A stretch of DNA of 64,000 bases from IMG/VR virus record IMGVR_UViG_3300037843_000309. One strand, written 5' to 3'. Source of the stretch: an uncultured virus (IMG/VR IMGVR_UViG_3300037843_000309) (lineage: Duplodnaviria > Heunggongvirae > Uroviricota > Caudoviricetes). The notes under the pieces were generated by a model, which was not told the origin of the DNA, did not search any database, and saw nothing but the letters and a program-made list of their open reading frames with translations. Of the stretch, positions 18,131 through 27,200 are shown in pieces. Within the stretch, counting starts at the first letter, position 1; every line of letters starts with the position of its first letter. The translations under genes were made by a program, and so were the position numbers.

Positions 18131-19156
18131 TCACTGGTACGCCTCCGCCAGCCAGCGCTCGAACTTTTCCGTCGATTCAAATACCGCCTCCAGCGTAAGG
18201 CGTTTTGGAACCTGCTTCTTCGCGTGGGATTCAGCACACGCCTCGATTGCCGCGCACACAACCTGGTAGGCGTTCTCAGGGGTACCCCCCTCCGCCTTGG
18301 CAATAGCCTCATCCCACCGAACCGAAAGCATGTGGCGGCGATCCTCAGTCAGCATACAAAGGCTTTCCTTCTGTCCACTGATTTCGATGTATGCTTGATG
18401 CATCCGCGTCGTCTCTTCCCGGTGGTTGAATGCCGGGCCCGTGGCATGCTCCCAGTACCGATCGCGCAGATACTTCTCAGGACTCGGCACGTACTTCCCT
18501 CCCTCTTTTTTCCATTCAGGGGATTGTATCGCCACCGACAGGTGACGGATTATGGCTACCTTCGTCTGGTCATCCCTGATTTCGTGCCAGAGATCCCGGG
18601 CAGCACGCTCATGCTTCCACATCCGATGGTCGGGGTAGAAGGATCTGAAAGTTCCAAAGTCGTATTTCGGAAGAGAAGGAACGGCCCCGCCGGCCAGAGG
18701 CGATGTGGTGTCAAGTGACTCCGGTTCCACTTTTCCTGTTCCACTTTCCTGTTCCACTTCCTTATATGTACCACGCGAAATGTCCTCTTTTACCTCTCGA
18801 AATGTCCCCTTTTCCGTTTCAGGATGTCCCCTTTTTGTATTACTGATAGGGGACGCCATGTCCTCTTTTGTGGTGTCAAGCCAAGGGAAGGAATAACCGC
18901 TTAGATTTCCTCGACCTAGACCAGTTTCGGTCTTTATTACCCCCTTACTTTCGAGGGACTCAAGACACCTGCGGAGGTGTCGGACGGAAAGTAGGGATTC
19001 TTGGGATAGGTTCTTTTGGGACACGAATACTGACTCTTGGTGGGTTGTGTGTTGGTCAGCCATTACCATGAGAAGTAACTTTTCGGTTCGGGTTATTTTT
19101 TCACCATTCGGACAAGTGTTGATGTCTTTGGCGAAGCTGGTAGCTTTCCACGACAT
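18131..19156 (-). CDS. Phage replication initiator (N-terminal wHTH, lambda O/DnaD-like organisation)
   Basis: EKLLLMVMAD...SQKNLSQESLLSVRHLRRCLESLESKGVI; C-terminal F...YP...W...GGKYVPSPEKYL motif; internal iterons. Confidence 0.75.
   Translation of the reverse strand: MSWKATSFAKDINTCPNGEKITRTEKLLLMVMADQHTTHQESVFVSQKNLSQESLLSVRHLRRCLESLESKGVIKTETGLGRGNLSGYSFPWLDTTKEDMASPISNTKRGHPETEKGTFREVKEDISRGTYKEVEQESGTGKVEPESLDTTSPLAGGAVPSLPKYDFGTFRSFYPDHRMWKHERAARDLWHEIRDDQTKVAIIRHLSVAIQSPEWKKEGGKYVPSPEKYLRDRYWEHATGPAFNHREETTRMHQAYIEISGQKESLCMLTEDRRHMLSVRWDEAIAKAEGGTPENAYQVVCAAIEACAESHAKKQVPKRLTLEAVFESTEKFERWLAEAYQ
18724..18870. repeat. Probable replication origin iterons inside the initiator gene
   Basis: ATGTCCYCTTTT at 18780, 18802, 18824 and 18858 (spacing 22, 22, 34 bp), plus three GTTCCACTT repeats at 18724-18762. 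Confidence 0.65.
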
Positions 19157-19352
19157 GAGGTCTACTCCATCAGAAAGATGGTCAGTGGGTCAATTGGAAA
19201 GGGGTTTTTGAACCTTTCCGCAGTGAGAGTTGAAGGGGGGAGCTGCGGACTCCCCCCTATCAATCCCAAAAAGGCCCAGAGGCCATCGACGTGGACTGGC
19301 CAGAACACGTCGACACGGAAATCCTAAATCCATTCGCATGGCGTGTCAACCC

Positions 19353-19679
19353 CTATTTCAAAGTCCAGTACGGGCACGCCCGGCAGCACCCGTTGAAGTC
19401 GGCAATGATCCGCCCAATACCTTCCGCGCCCTTGACCCCCAGCTTCCCTAACTCGTTCTGGGGCTCCGCCAAGAGGTCGGGGCAGGTGCAAAAGTAGACG
19501 AACGAGGCGTCGCCGCCCACCTCCCGCACCACCTTCTGGTTCTCTTGCCCCGGGATCTCGATGTCGGACTTCCCCATGATGCGGTCGCGGAAGGGTACCG
19601 CGGTTTGGAAGTCTCCCCACTTGCACTTGGAGGCGGAGTTAGCGTCCCGCAGCTTCCCTTTGAGCCATTTGATTTCCAT
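19353..19679 (-). CDS. Hypothetical Cys-containing protein
   Basis: ORF MEIKWLKGKL... in the co-oriented operon. Confidence 0.45.
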   Translation of the reverse strand: MEIKWLKGKLRDANSASKCKWGDFQTAVPFRDRIMGKSDIEIPGQENQKVVREVGGDASFVYFCTCPDLLAEPQNELGKLGVKGAEGIGRIIADFNGCCRACPYWTLK

Positions 19680-19681
19680 GG

Positions 19682-20026
19682 TTACGCCCCGTTTTCGTCT
19701 TTTGCCTTCATGCGCCACATCTTCGGTAAGAGGGTTGCCAGCGCTTTGTGGGCACATTTCGGGCTGCAACAAATCTTCCGACCGCCTTCTTTGCTTTCGG
19801 AATCTTCGAGTTCTTCGATAAAGCCACCCTTACCGATTTCGATTTTGATGTCGAAGGCGTACTCGGGTTTTACGGGATAGTCGACGATGAGAACATCCTC
19901 AACCGTGATGTCGTCGGGCCTTCTCTTGCCATGCTTTAATGCTCTACCACGGATGATCTGGCCTTTGACGGGAATCTTCTTCCCGCATTGGCCGCACTTC
20001 AACTTCACTGAAACCTCTACTCCCAT
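19682..20026 (-). CDS. Zn-ribbon hypothetical protein
   Basis: CGQCG ... CCSPKC. GAGGGA RBS. Confidence 0.5.
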   Translation of the reverse strand: MGVEVSVKLKCGQCGKKIPVKGQIIRGRALKHGKRRPDDITVEDVLIVDYPVKPEYAFDIKIEIGKGGFIEELEDSESKEGGRKICCSPKCAHKALATLLPKMWRMKAKDENGA

Positions 20027-20039
20027 GGTTCCCTCCCTC

Positions 20040-21908
20040 TCAGTGCAGCACCTGCACCGACGTTGGGCCGGTGATGGAACCCGATTCCATCCAGAACAAC
20101 CCACAGTCAGCCGGTAGCTTTGCGATCATCTCCGGTGCCGGCGGTTTGTCGATGGTGCGGCACACGATGACTTGGCACCCGGACGCCCCCAGCATCTTCT
20201 GGATGGCGGAGCGGTTTGGATCGTCAAGCCGGTTCGAGTCGTCAACCGCGAACAGCTTGAACCCCGTCGCCTTCGCCGCGGCGATGCGGAGCGCGGCATC
20301 GAATACCAGCTTCTGGCCACTCGACAGGCGCCGCGCGGTGACGCCTGACACTCGAAGCGAGTACGGCGCCGGGGTGAACTCGACGTTCGCCATCCCAAAC
20401 TTGTCGAGGATCGCCTTCATTTCCGACAGGAACTCGTCCCCACCGCGCTTCAGGATGTCCTGTTTCAGCGCGACGAGCGCTGCTACCGCCGCCTGCTGCA
20501 ATTCGATGGCTTGGCGCTTTCCGTCCACCTGGGCCACCTTGATGCTGTGCTGGGCGACAGCCTGCTTCGCCGTGTCGGCGTTCGCGATGATGGTTTGCAA
20601 CTCGGAAATCTTGTCCTGAGACTTACCGACTTCGGCAGGGTCTCCCGCTTCCACTGGAGCCGCGACAATCTTGTCGAGTTCGGCTTGCGCTTCCGCCACA
20701 TCCGACTCATAAGCCTGTGCCTTCAGCGCATCCCGTTTTTCGGCTTCTGCTGTGTCCAAACTCTTTTGGATTTCCTCTGACTCTGTGTAAAGCTCCTTGA
20801 TTCGGGCGTTGATGGAGTCGAGGTTTTTCTGGTGCGCTTGCATTTTGTCCTGGTGGCCCTTGGCTCGGTTCCGTAGCAGGGTTCCCATTCGGCTCTTGTC
20901 GCGAGGGGTGAGGGGGCATTCAAACTCCTTCACAACCCCACACTCCGAACCCATACCAGAGGATGTATCAGCGAGGGAGCCGTCTTCAGCCGCAGCATCT
21001 CGCTCTGCCCTCACAGAGGCTTCGGCTTGGGAGCGAAAAGCCTTCGCCTCTTCGAGTAACTTGGTGTTTTCCTTTTCGCTCTCCCCCAAGGAGTCGATGT
21101 CAGCGAGAATTTCGGGCATAGGGCGGCATTGCGGATTTGGTCGCGCCTTTAATTCATCGAGGATGCGCTGCGCCCCGGAGAGTGTTCGCTCATACCCCTG
21201 CCGCAAGGTCTGCGCCTCGATTTGCTTCTTGTGCAGGGCCTGCACTGTGGCAAGGTCGGCGCGCGCCTGCGCCACGTCGGGTACCCGCTCGGGCGCGTTG
21301 CGGATGGCCTCTTCGAGGTCGGCCACTTCCCGGTTCAAGTCCCGAATCGTTACGTCCTTGATGCGCTTAATGTGGGCGTCGATGTCGGCGGTGGAGTTGA
21401 TTTCGGTGATGTTGACGGCGCTGCACGCCTCGGGCACCTTGATGGTCGGCGGGCGCATGAGGCGAAGCATGACCTGGACTTGCTCAGGTTCTTCGCGTTC
21501 AAGTATGTTCTTTGGGTCCATTTGGGCAAGAACGGTTTCCGGATTGGCGTGCAGCGCCCGGAGCAAGACCTCTTGGGCAGCGGCCACGTTGGTTGGAGCG
21601 TTCTCAAAAGCGATCCGCTGGCTCGCCTTGGCGGAGATCTCACGGGTGACTTTGAGCGCTTCCGTCATCCGGTCATTGTCGAATGTAGCCACAATGGTCG
21701 CAGACGGCTTCCCCACCGTGATGTCGTCCTTAATCCCCACCCCCCGGGCGTCGGTGTAGCGGTTGCGGCCGATGAGGAGCGTGACGATGGCGTCGGGGAC
21801 GGATGACTTCCCGCTCCCGGGCTCTCCAAAGAAAAAATTGACGCGCTTCAGAATAATTTCGGTCGCATGATGCGACCTCCAGTTTTTCAACGTAATCGAA
21901 CTCATCAT
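20040..21908 (-). CDS. Rad50/SbcC-like ABC ATPase
   Basis: ITLKNWRSH, Walker A GEPGSGKS, long coiled coil with central Cys pair, signature LSSGQ, Walker B/D-loop FAVDDSNRLD. Confidence 0.85.
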   Translation of the reverse strand: MMSSITLKNWRSHHATEIILKRVNFFFGEPGSGKSSVPDAIVTLLIGRNRYTDARGVGIKDDITVGKPSATIVATFDNDRMTEALKVTREISAKASQRIAFENAPTNVAAAQEVLLRALHANPETVLAQMDPKNILEREEPEQVQVMLRLMRPPTIKVPEACSAVNITEINSTADIDAHIKRIKDVTIRDLNREVADLEEAIRNAPERVPDVAQARADLATVQALHKKQIEAQTLRQGYERTLSGAQRILDELKARPNPQCRPMPEILADIDSLGESEKENTKLLEEAKAFRSQAEASVRAERDAAAEDGSLADTSSGMGSECGVVKEFECPLTPRDKSRMGTLLRNRAKGHQDKMQAHQKNLDSINARIKELYTESEEIQKSLDTAEAEKRDALKAQAYESDVAEAQAELDKIVAAPVEAGDPAEVGKSQDKISELQTIIANADTAKQAVAQHSIKVAQVDGKRQAIELQQAAVAALVALKQDILKRGGDEFLSEMKAILDKFGMANVEFTPAPYSLRVSGVTARRLSSGQKLVFDAALRIAAAKATGFKLFAVDDSNRLDDPNRSAIQKMLGASGCQVIVCRTIDKPPAPEMIAKLPADCGLFWMESGSITGPTSVQVLH

Positions 21909-21922
21909 TGGGTTCCTCCCTT

Positions 21923-22099
21923 TCAGTTTTCTTCGATTTCTTCCCAGTCTTGGTCGTCGATGCCTTTGTACCCTTCACAGGATGGGTCCAGGAAATGGTT
22001 GCAGTCTTGGGCCTCTTTGCTGTCATCCGAAAATAAAATGTCGTCGTTGTCGCCGTTGCAGTAACAGGTAATCCCGCAATCAGGGCAGCTATGAGCCAT
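21923..22099 (-). CDS. Small Cys-rich acidic protein
   Basis: MAHSCPDCGITCYCNGD... with GAGGGAG RBS. Confidence 0.45.
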   Translation of the reverse strand: MAHSCPDCGITCYCNGDNDDILFSDDSKEAQDCNHFLDPSCEGYKGIDDQDWEEIEEN

Positions 22100-22300
22100 G
22101 CGATTTCTCCCTCGTGCGAACACATCCGATACTTTCGTGCTTTTCCCGGCATTCAGGATTTTCACATATGTAAATTGAGAGATGGTCGTAAACAAGGCAG
22201 AAGGGGCATCGATACGTCGTCTTTTTCTTGCATCCCACGCATATCGCCATCTTCGATTTCATCCCGCCCCTCCCTCCCTTTTCTCAGTGCAGGTCATGCA

Positions 22301-22513
22301 CTAGCAGCGTCCGTTTGATCTTTCCCAATCGTCGCTGCGCAGTATTTCCCGCACTTCTTCGTATTTTTCCATAACATAAAAACCTTCCGATTCGGGCCAA
22401 TTTTTCATATAGATGGTTGTGTTCCATGCAAGATTCCGAGCGGGAGAAATTGCCGCCACGGCGTCAGAGGCTACTGAAATTTTTTGTTTATGATAATTCG
22501 TGAATTCAACCAT
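22301..22513 (-). CDS. Hypothetical protein
   Basis: MVEFTNYHKQ..., translationally coupled to the upstream gene. Confidence 0.45.
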   Translation of the reverse strand: MVEFTNYHKQKISVASDAVAAISPARNLAWNTTIYMKNWPESEGFYVMEKYEEVREILRSDDWERSNGRC

Positions 22514-22839
22514 TATCCCATCCCCCTCACCCGGACCAGCACTCCCTGCTCCTCCATCTGGTCCATGACGATGCAGTTCCAGCCATCTTCCCCAACCTTT
22601 GACAGCAGCAGGGCGATGTTGTCGAGGTCGACGCCGGCTTCGCCGCACTTCACAATGACTTCCCGGCAATCCCGAAACATCTTCGCGACCGTTTCGGGTT
22701 CGTGCAGCGCCGCGTGCTCGAGTCCCTCGGTCAGCGCATCCACCCCAACCGAGCTTCGCCACTGGCACACCATACAGCCGAACCGCGCGTCATGGGCGGC
22801 AGCCGGGTTGACGATGAAGGCGGTTGGAAGTCTGTTCAT
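22513..22839 (-). CDS. Hypothetical protein (C2H2-like motif)
   Basis: CMVC...HAALHE. Overlapping start/stop with its neighbours. Confidence 0.45.
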   Translation of the reverse strand: MNRLPTAFIVNPAAAHDARFGCMVCQWRSSVGVDALTEGLEHAALHEPETVAKMFRDCREVIVKCGEAGVDLDNIALLLSKVGEDGWNCIVMDQMEEQGVLVRVRGMG

Positions 22840-23909
22840 AGGTCGCTGTAAGCGTCGGGCTCCTGAGTTTCTTTTCCTGCTGATTCCTTGAATGGAGCGC
22901 TTCCCGGTTCAATCTCTGATACGGAAGGCTCCCCATTGACAAAGTTAACCACCTTGACGTTGCGATCCTCTGGTGCAGGGCCTGCACTGCACGACTTCTC
23001 GGTTTCGGCCAGGAACTCGTCAACCGACCCACCGCGAGAAGTGAACTCTGCCATCGCAGCGGCCAGTGTATTTTTGGGGACCCCCAAACTATTGACGCAG
23101 TGGAGGAACTTATAGGTCTGGTTGGGTGACAGGGTTTCCACGACTGGCTTCTCCTTGACCTCTTGGACGGATTGCGGAGCCTGCTGCGCCATCTGGTTCG
23201 TGGATGCGGGTAGCGCCTCGCGAGCAGGCGTCACGTCGATCGCCTCGCGCACCTCGTCCTCCCAAATCCCCCCGCCGAAGTGCATCCGCACAAGCTCCTT
23301 ACACGTCTGCTTCCAGAGCATGTGGGAGGGCATCTTGACCCAGAGGGATTCGGAACTGTCGGGGTATCGAGCCCAGTCGCGGTACCGGAGCGTCCGACTG
23401 ACGCGCTTCCCGGGCGCCCCTTCCTTCCCCGGCTTGAGCATAACCGACACCGTGCAGGTCAAGTCCCAGTCAATTACTGGGATGACGTCGGTAGGCTTCG
23501 CCTTCGTGAAAAACGGCGGATTGTCGGCCTCGTAGCGCTGCCCATCCCCACCAATCCAATAATGCTCTTCCGTCCCCGACTCGACGCGCGGATGCGAGTC
23601 CATGAGGTAGAGCGCCGCGTCCATCTTGAAGCACACCGAAGGCCCGGTAATCCCCTTCTGGCGCTGCTTCTCGGTCGCCGGGATCAGGCAAAACCAGTTC
23701 CCCATGGGCGGTAGCCCCATCATCTTCGCCTGCCCCATCACGTACAGGACATCGTAGATTTCAACGTCGGAACTGCCCCGCGCCAGGCTTCGGTGGGCGG
23801 CTTTCAGTATCAGAATCGGAATCTCCCACTGCTGGCAAAGGTCGCGCAGGTCTTGCTCTGTTATTGTGAGCTTTTCCTTCTTCTCCACTAATTGTGACTT
23901 GTCGTCCAT
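22836..23909 (-). CDS. Bet/RecT-like single-strand annealing recombinase
   Basis: MGLPPM..., CTVSV, 'SLWVKMPSHMLWKQT...HFGG' resembling the conserved W..P..ML.K motif of Bet. Lies near the Rad50-like and MBL genes. Confidence 0.65.
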   Translation of the reverse strand: MDDKSQLVEKKEKLTITEQDLRDLCQQWEIPILILKAAHRSLARGSSDVEIYDVLYVMGQAKMMGLPPMGNWFCLIPATEKQRQKGITGPSVCFKMDAALYLMDSHPRVESGTEEHYWIGGDGQRYEADNPPFFTKAKPTDVIPVIDWDLTCTVSVMLKPGKEGAPGKRVSRTLRYRDWARYPDSSESLWVKMPSHMLWKQTCKELVRMHFGGGIWEDEVREAIDVTPAREALPASTNQMAQQAPQSVQEVKEKPVVETLSPNQTYKFLHCVNSLGVPKNTLAAAMAEFTSRGGSVDEFLAETEKSCSAGPAPEDRNVKVVNFVNGEPSVSEIEPGSAPFKESAGKETQEPDAYSDL

Positions 23910-24147
23910 ATTCGGTTCCCTCCAGTGCTAGGCTGCGTCCGCGGTCGCCGTCAGCAAAAAATTCGCTGTCCGGATGGCGTCGGAAGTATTCCCTCAGAGC
24001 GGCGCGGACAATATCGGAAAACGTCCATCGGTGTACCGGGTCGCGAGCCTGCTTCGCCCGGGCGATAGCGTCAAGATGGTCGGAAAAGGCGGTAGGCAGG
24101 AGTATCGTCCGCCGCTTACCGGGATTCGGGTTTCGCTTCCTTCCCAT
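23761..24147 (-). CDS. Ribbon-helix-helix DNA-binding protein
   Basis: RRTILLPTAFSDHLDAIA...TFSDIVRAALREY. GAGG RBS and TTGACA promoter upstream. The 3' part overlaps the recombinase gene. Confidence 0.6.
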   Translation of the reverse strand: MGRKRNPNPGKRRTILLPTAFSDHLDAIARAKQARDPVHRWTFSDIVRAALREYFRRHPDSEFFADGDRGRSLALEGTEYGRQVTISGEEGKAHNNRARPARPLPAVGDSDSDTESRPPKPGAGQFRR

Positions 24148-24546
24148 GTTTCCTCACTTATCGGAAGTTATCTTACGCTTTCATACCGCTTTGTCAAGAC
24201 TTATTTTTTCGGAGTTCATGCTGGTGGCTATGAGTCTCCGCGCTCACCCCCGCAAGGTTGTCTTGGGCGTGCGTCCCCCCGGCGGAGCGCTTGATGAGAT
24301 GGTGTCCCTGGAGCGGCTTGACTTCTCCGGTGTTGGCATCCCGATGGCCTTGGGTGGAGGCGACATTTCGGGCTTGGAGTGCCAGAACCCGCTGTGAGGC
24401 TTTGTCAAGTAGCCTCTTTTCATCCCTGCCGTTAAAGAGCAGGAGGTTGTTGTCAAACCTGACCTCGACGTTACACTCGCGGAGCCCCTTCCAGTGCAGC
24501 ACCTGCACTGACACCCCCGGGTGTTTCCGCTCAAAGGTGGATTTGG

Positions 24547-25467
24547 TCACGGCTCCTCCGGTATCGCCTGCGGCACCGGCGACACAGACTCCCACGGTAT
24601 TTTGAATTCTTTGCAAATGTCCTGCATGATTGCGTGCTTCAAATCGATCGTGAACTTCCCGAAGTCCTGCCGCATCGTCACCTTCGCCTTGAGGCTGGCG
24701 GTGTATTCGAGAAGTCGGTACCATGCGTGTTGCTGCGCGTTCGCGAAGCCAGCGAGCCGCGCGTGCTCTTGGGCGTTCTCATGCTCCCGCTCCTGGCGGT
24801 ACGCCATCACCATGAGGTGGAGGATTTCGGCGTCCGACGGCCCATCGCCAAACTCGACTTGGCGCCCATAGTTCAGGTCGTCCATGAGGTCGAGGACTGA
24901 TTCTTCAGGTCCATTGACTTTGTAGGTTCGGCCTGGGCCTGGTGCGTGACTTGGGTTCCCCTTGAACAACCTCCGATCCACTTCTAGGCGGACGTTATCG
25001 GCAGTGTTTTTTTCTGCGTATTCGAGCAGTTCGGTTGAAATCTCGTTTTTTGCTTCGGCCATGGGAAGAAGCGCCTTACACTTCTCGATGCGAAGCTCAA
25101 CGACTTTCGATTGGCCGATAAGAGGAACCACTTTCCGCCCGATGCGAGCATAATAAAATCCGGTGCTAACCTTTCCAGCGGTTCGCATGGATTCCCGCAG
25201 CGGCTCCATGCGGTTCAGCCACCATTGGCTGTACTGAAAGAATCCTCCGATGGCTGTCCCGACGGGTTTGGACTGAAACCTTTCGTACATCTCTCCGCAC
25301 AAGACTGAAAGCTTTGCAAGAGCCTCGCCACTGTCGATATTTCTAACTACCTGCTCATTGACAATGGTTTTAACTTCCTCGTCCAGTTCTTTTTCGTCCG
25401 CCGGAGCCATCCATTGGGTAGCCTTGGTTAACTCTCCGAAGGACTCATAATTTTGTTTGTCATTCAT
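24547..25467 (-). CDS. Hypothetical protein
   Basis: Roughly 306-aa ORF whose ATG overlaps the stop of the Mom-like gene. Confidence 0.55.
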   Translation of the reverse strand: MNDKQNYESFGELTKATQWMAPADEKELDEEVKTIVNEQVVRNIDSGEALAKLSVLCGEMYERFQSKPVGTAIGGFFQYSQWWLNRMEPLRESMRTAGKVSTGFYYARIGRKVVPLIGQSKVVELRIEKCKALLPMAEAKNEISTELLEYAEKNTADNVRLEVDRRLFKGNPSHAPGPGRTYKVNGPEESVLDLMDDLNYGRQVEFGDGPSDAEILHLMVMAYRQEREHENAQEHARLAGFANAQQHAWYRLLEYTASLKAKVTMRQDFGKFTIDLKHAIMQDICKEFKIPWESVSPVPQAIPEEP

Positions 25468-26069
25468 CGAAGCGCCTTTTCCCATCTGACTTTTACCGAA
25501 GAAATTGCCTCTGGTCCGTTTATGTTTTTGGCCTTTCCCCCCTTTCGCGAGTAGCTGTTTCCTTTATTCGAGGTGTTTCCTACCGTCCATCCTGCTGCCT
25601 TGTAGATGGTTCCTTTGTGAACTTCCGTGTCTTGGTACGAGATTATTCTTTCTCGATCAGGATGATGCTTCCTGAAATACCTGACGATCCAAGCCAAAAA
25701 CTGGGAAGCTCCATTTCTCGGCATCTCTGGCGCGCATGCTAATCGGCATAACTCAATCCAGTGGCGCGGAAGGTATAGGCTCGACGGGCGTCGGCAGATT
25801 GCTACTGCGTAAGAAATATCTCCACTGCGGGCATGAAAGGAAAATTCAATACCTACGTTCGGCATTAAAGGCAGTCTGCTGTGCCAAAGCTTATTGAGGT
25901 ATATGGCGAACGGGATGCGACAAGGCTCATATACCAAGTCCTCAAGTTGGAGCGTGGAGGCTGGACTCGAACCACCCCCTTCCGCCTGGAAAAGCGGATG
26001 TGCCACCCGGCCACCTTCCACGCCAGTAACAGGAAGAAACGCTCTAATTCTTGGGCTCGTTCCTTTCAT
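25464..26069 (-). CDS. mom: Mom-family (GNAT-fold) adenine-modification enzyme
   Basis: WHSRLP...IELCRLAC...PRNGASQFLA...IISYQDTEVHKGTIYKAAGW...KVRW matches the Mom/XF1762-like signature. ATGA overlap with the upstream small ORF. Confidence 0.8.
   Translation of the reverse strand: MKGTSPRIRAFLPVTGVEGGRVAHPLFQAEGGGSSPASTLQLEDLVYEPCRIPFAIYLNKLWHSRLPLMPNVGIEFSFHARSGDISYAVAICRRPSSLYLPRHWIELCRLACAPEMPRNGASQFLAWIVRYFRKHHPDRERIISYQDTEVHKGTIYKAAGWTVGNTSNKGNSYSRKGGKAKNINGPEAISSVKVRWEKALR
25948..26023 (-). ncRNA. tRNA-Gly(TCC)-like cloverleaf embedded in the mom-like CDS
   Basis: Perfect 7-bp acceptor stem GCGTGGA/TCCACGC, discriminator T and CCA. Anticodon stem TCCGC/GCGGA around TTTTCCAG. T-loop TTCGAGT. 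Confidence 0.7.
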
Positions 26070-26194
26070 GTACGGCACGCCATCTCCTCCTCGGACGTGA
26101 GGTTGCGAATCACCTGCTCGGCCACGATGCGCTTGACCTCGCGGTCGATGGCGGCAGGGTCGAGCGTCGACAATTCCTGGTGCAGGTGCTGCAC
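26066..26194 (-). CDS. Small hypothetical protein (42 aa)
   Basis: GTG start lies inside a palindrome copy, with a GGGAG RBS. Stop overlaps the mom-like ATG. Confidence 0.4.
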   Translation of the reverse strand: MQHLHQELSTLDPAAIDREVKRIVAEQVIRNLTSEEEMACRT

Positions 26195-26197
26195 TGG

Positions 26198-27007
26198 CTA
26201 CTCCCTCGGGAATTCTTGGATTCTCAAATCTTCCGGCCATTCAGCGGGATTCATTCGCTTGTCGGGGTGTCCCCCTAACTGTTTCAGAAAGAACTTCGCG
26301 TAGCATCGGCGGCAATCATCCCGAACACGGCGAGCCCATTCAATATCGAAGGGTCTGAAACGGGTTCCAGACTCTCCGCCACCAATGACCCAGTCGAGGT
26401 AGGGTGGCGGGTTGACTGGCAACCCTTGACACCCGCACTCAAATCCACTGCAACACTTTTCGGCCATATACAGGGAGAAATCGACGTACCCGAGCGCTGG
26501 CTCCCAACTCACGGCATGGATAGTCGCGGGTACAGCCATCAGCTTTTCGAGCCTCCACAAATACTCTTTGGATTCAACTGTGGTCATCAGCCACACATTT
26601 GCGCGCGGATGGTCGATCCACCACGAGGGCAACATACGCGAGTAGTTTCCGGGGCGCTTAGAGAGCAACATCCATATCAGATGGGGAGTTTCCTCCACCA
26701 GCTTCCAAAGCCGTTCTCGCGACTCGTCAAGGTCGCGGCGATCTTCGAGGATGTCGCACATCGAACCGCAGAAAACCTTTACCGATGCCCCCCCTACCTT
26801 CTTCACTCGGTCATTCCAGCGCCGGGGCTCGTTCCAGTGTTTTTCGTCAAAGAATCGGCGCGGAGATTCCTTCCCCCAGATATCCAAGGCAAGTCGATTA
26901 GCGAACCCTTCCGCGTAGCAGTGGTCACACCCGGGCGATACGTTCGTGCAACCCCACCAAGGGTTAAAGGTTGCGTCAGTCCAAGAAATCTTAGATTTTT
27001 CTGCCAT
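26198..27007 (-). CDS. DUF5131 (phage Gp37/Gp68, radical-SAM-like) protein
   Basis: SKISWTDATFNPWWGCTNVSPGCDHCYAE...VFCGSMCD...SWEPALG...DWVIGGGESG...FFLKQLGG. Confidence 0.9.
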   Translation of the reverse strand: MAEKSKISWTDATFNPWWGCTNVSPGCDHCYAEGFANRLALDIWGKESPRRFFDEKHWNEPRRWNDRVKKVGGASVKVFCGSMCDILEDRRDLDESRERLWKLVEETPHLIWMLLSKRPGNYSRMLPSWWIDHPRANVWLMTTVESKEYLWRLEKLMAVPATIHAVSWEPALGYVDFSLYMAEKCCSGFECGCQGLPVNPPPYLDWVIGGGESGTRFRPFDIEWARRVRDDCRRCYAKFFLKQLGGHPDKRMNPAEWPEDLRIQEFPRE

Positions 27008-27011
27008 ATTT

Positions 27012-27200
27012 TTAAGGCACCTTCTCCACGTAGATTCGTTCCAGGATTTCCTTCTGCTTGTCGCTCAACCACTGGCGGCGATCCCACTGGTCGGAAATGT
27101 CCTCGATGAACTGGCATTCCCAATCGGTCAGGCGCTCAGTGTTGTCGGCGCATGCCGAAATGACTTCGCCAATGCGGTTTGGGTCAAGCGTGTTGCTCAT
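27012..27200 (-). CDS. Hypothetical protein
   Basis: MSNTLDP...LTDWECQFIEDI...LSDKQ, a small-protein motif common in phages. Confidence 0.5.
   Translation of the reverse strand: MSNTLDPNRIGEVISACADNTERLTDWECQFIEDISDQWDRRQWLSDKQKEILERIYVEKVP

Noticed and set aside
25948..26023. Calling the Gly-like element a canonical translational tRNA
   Set aside because: It has an 8-nt anticodon loop, A at position 8, a weak D-arm and a bulged T-stem, and it overlaps a CDS. Reported as tRNA-like instead.
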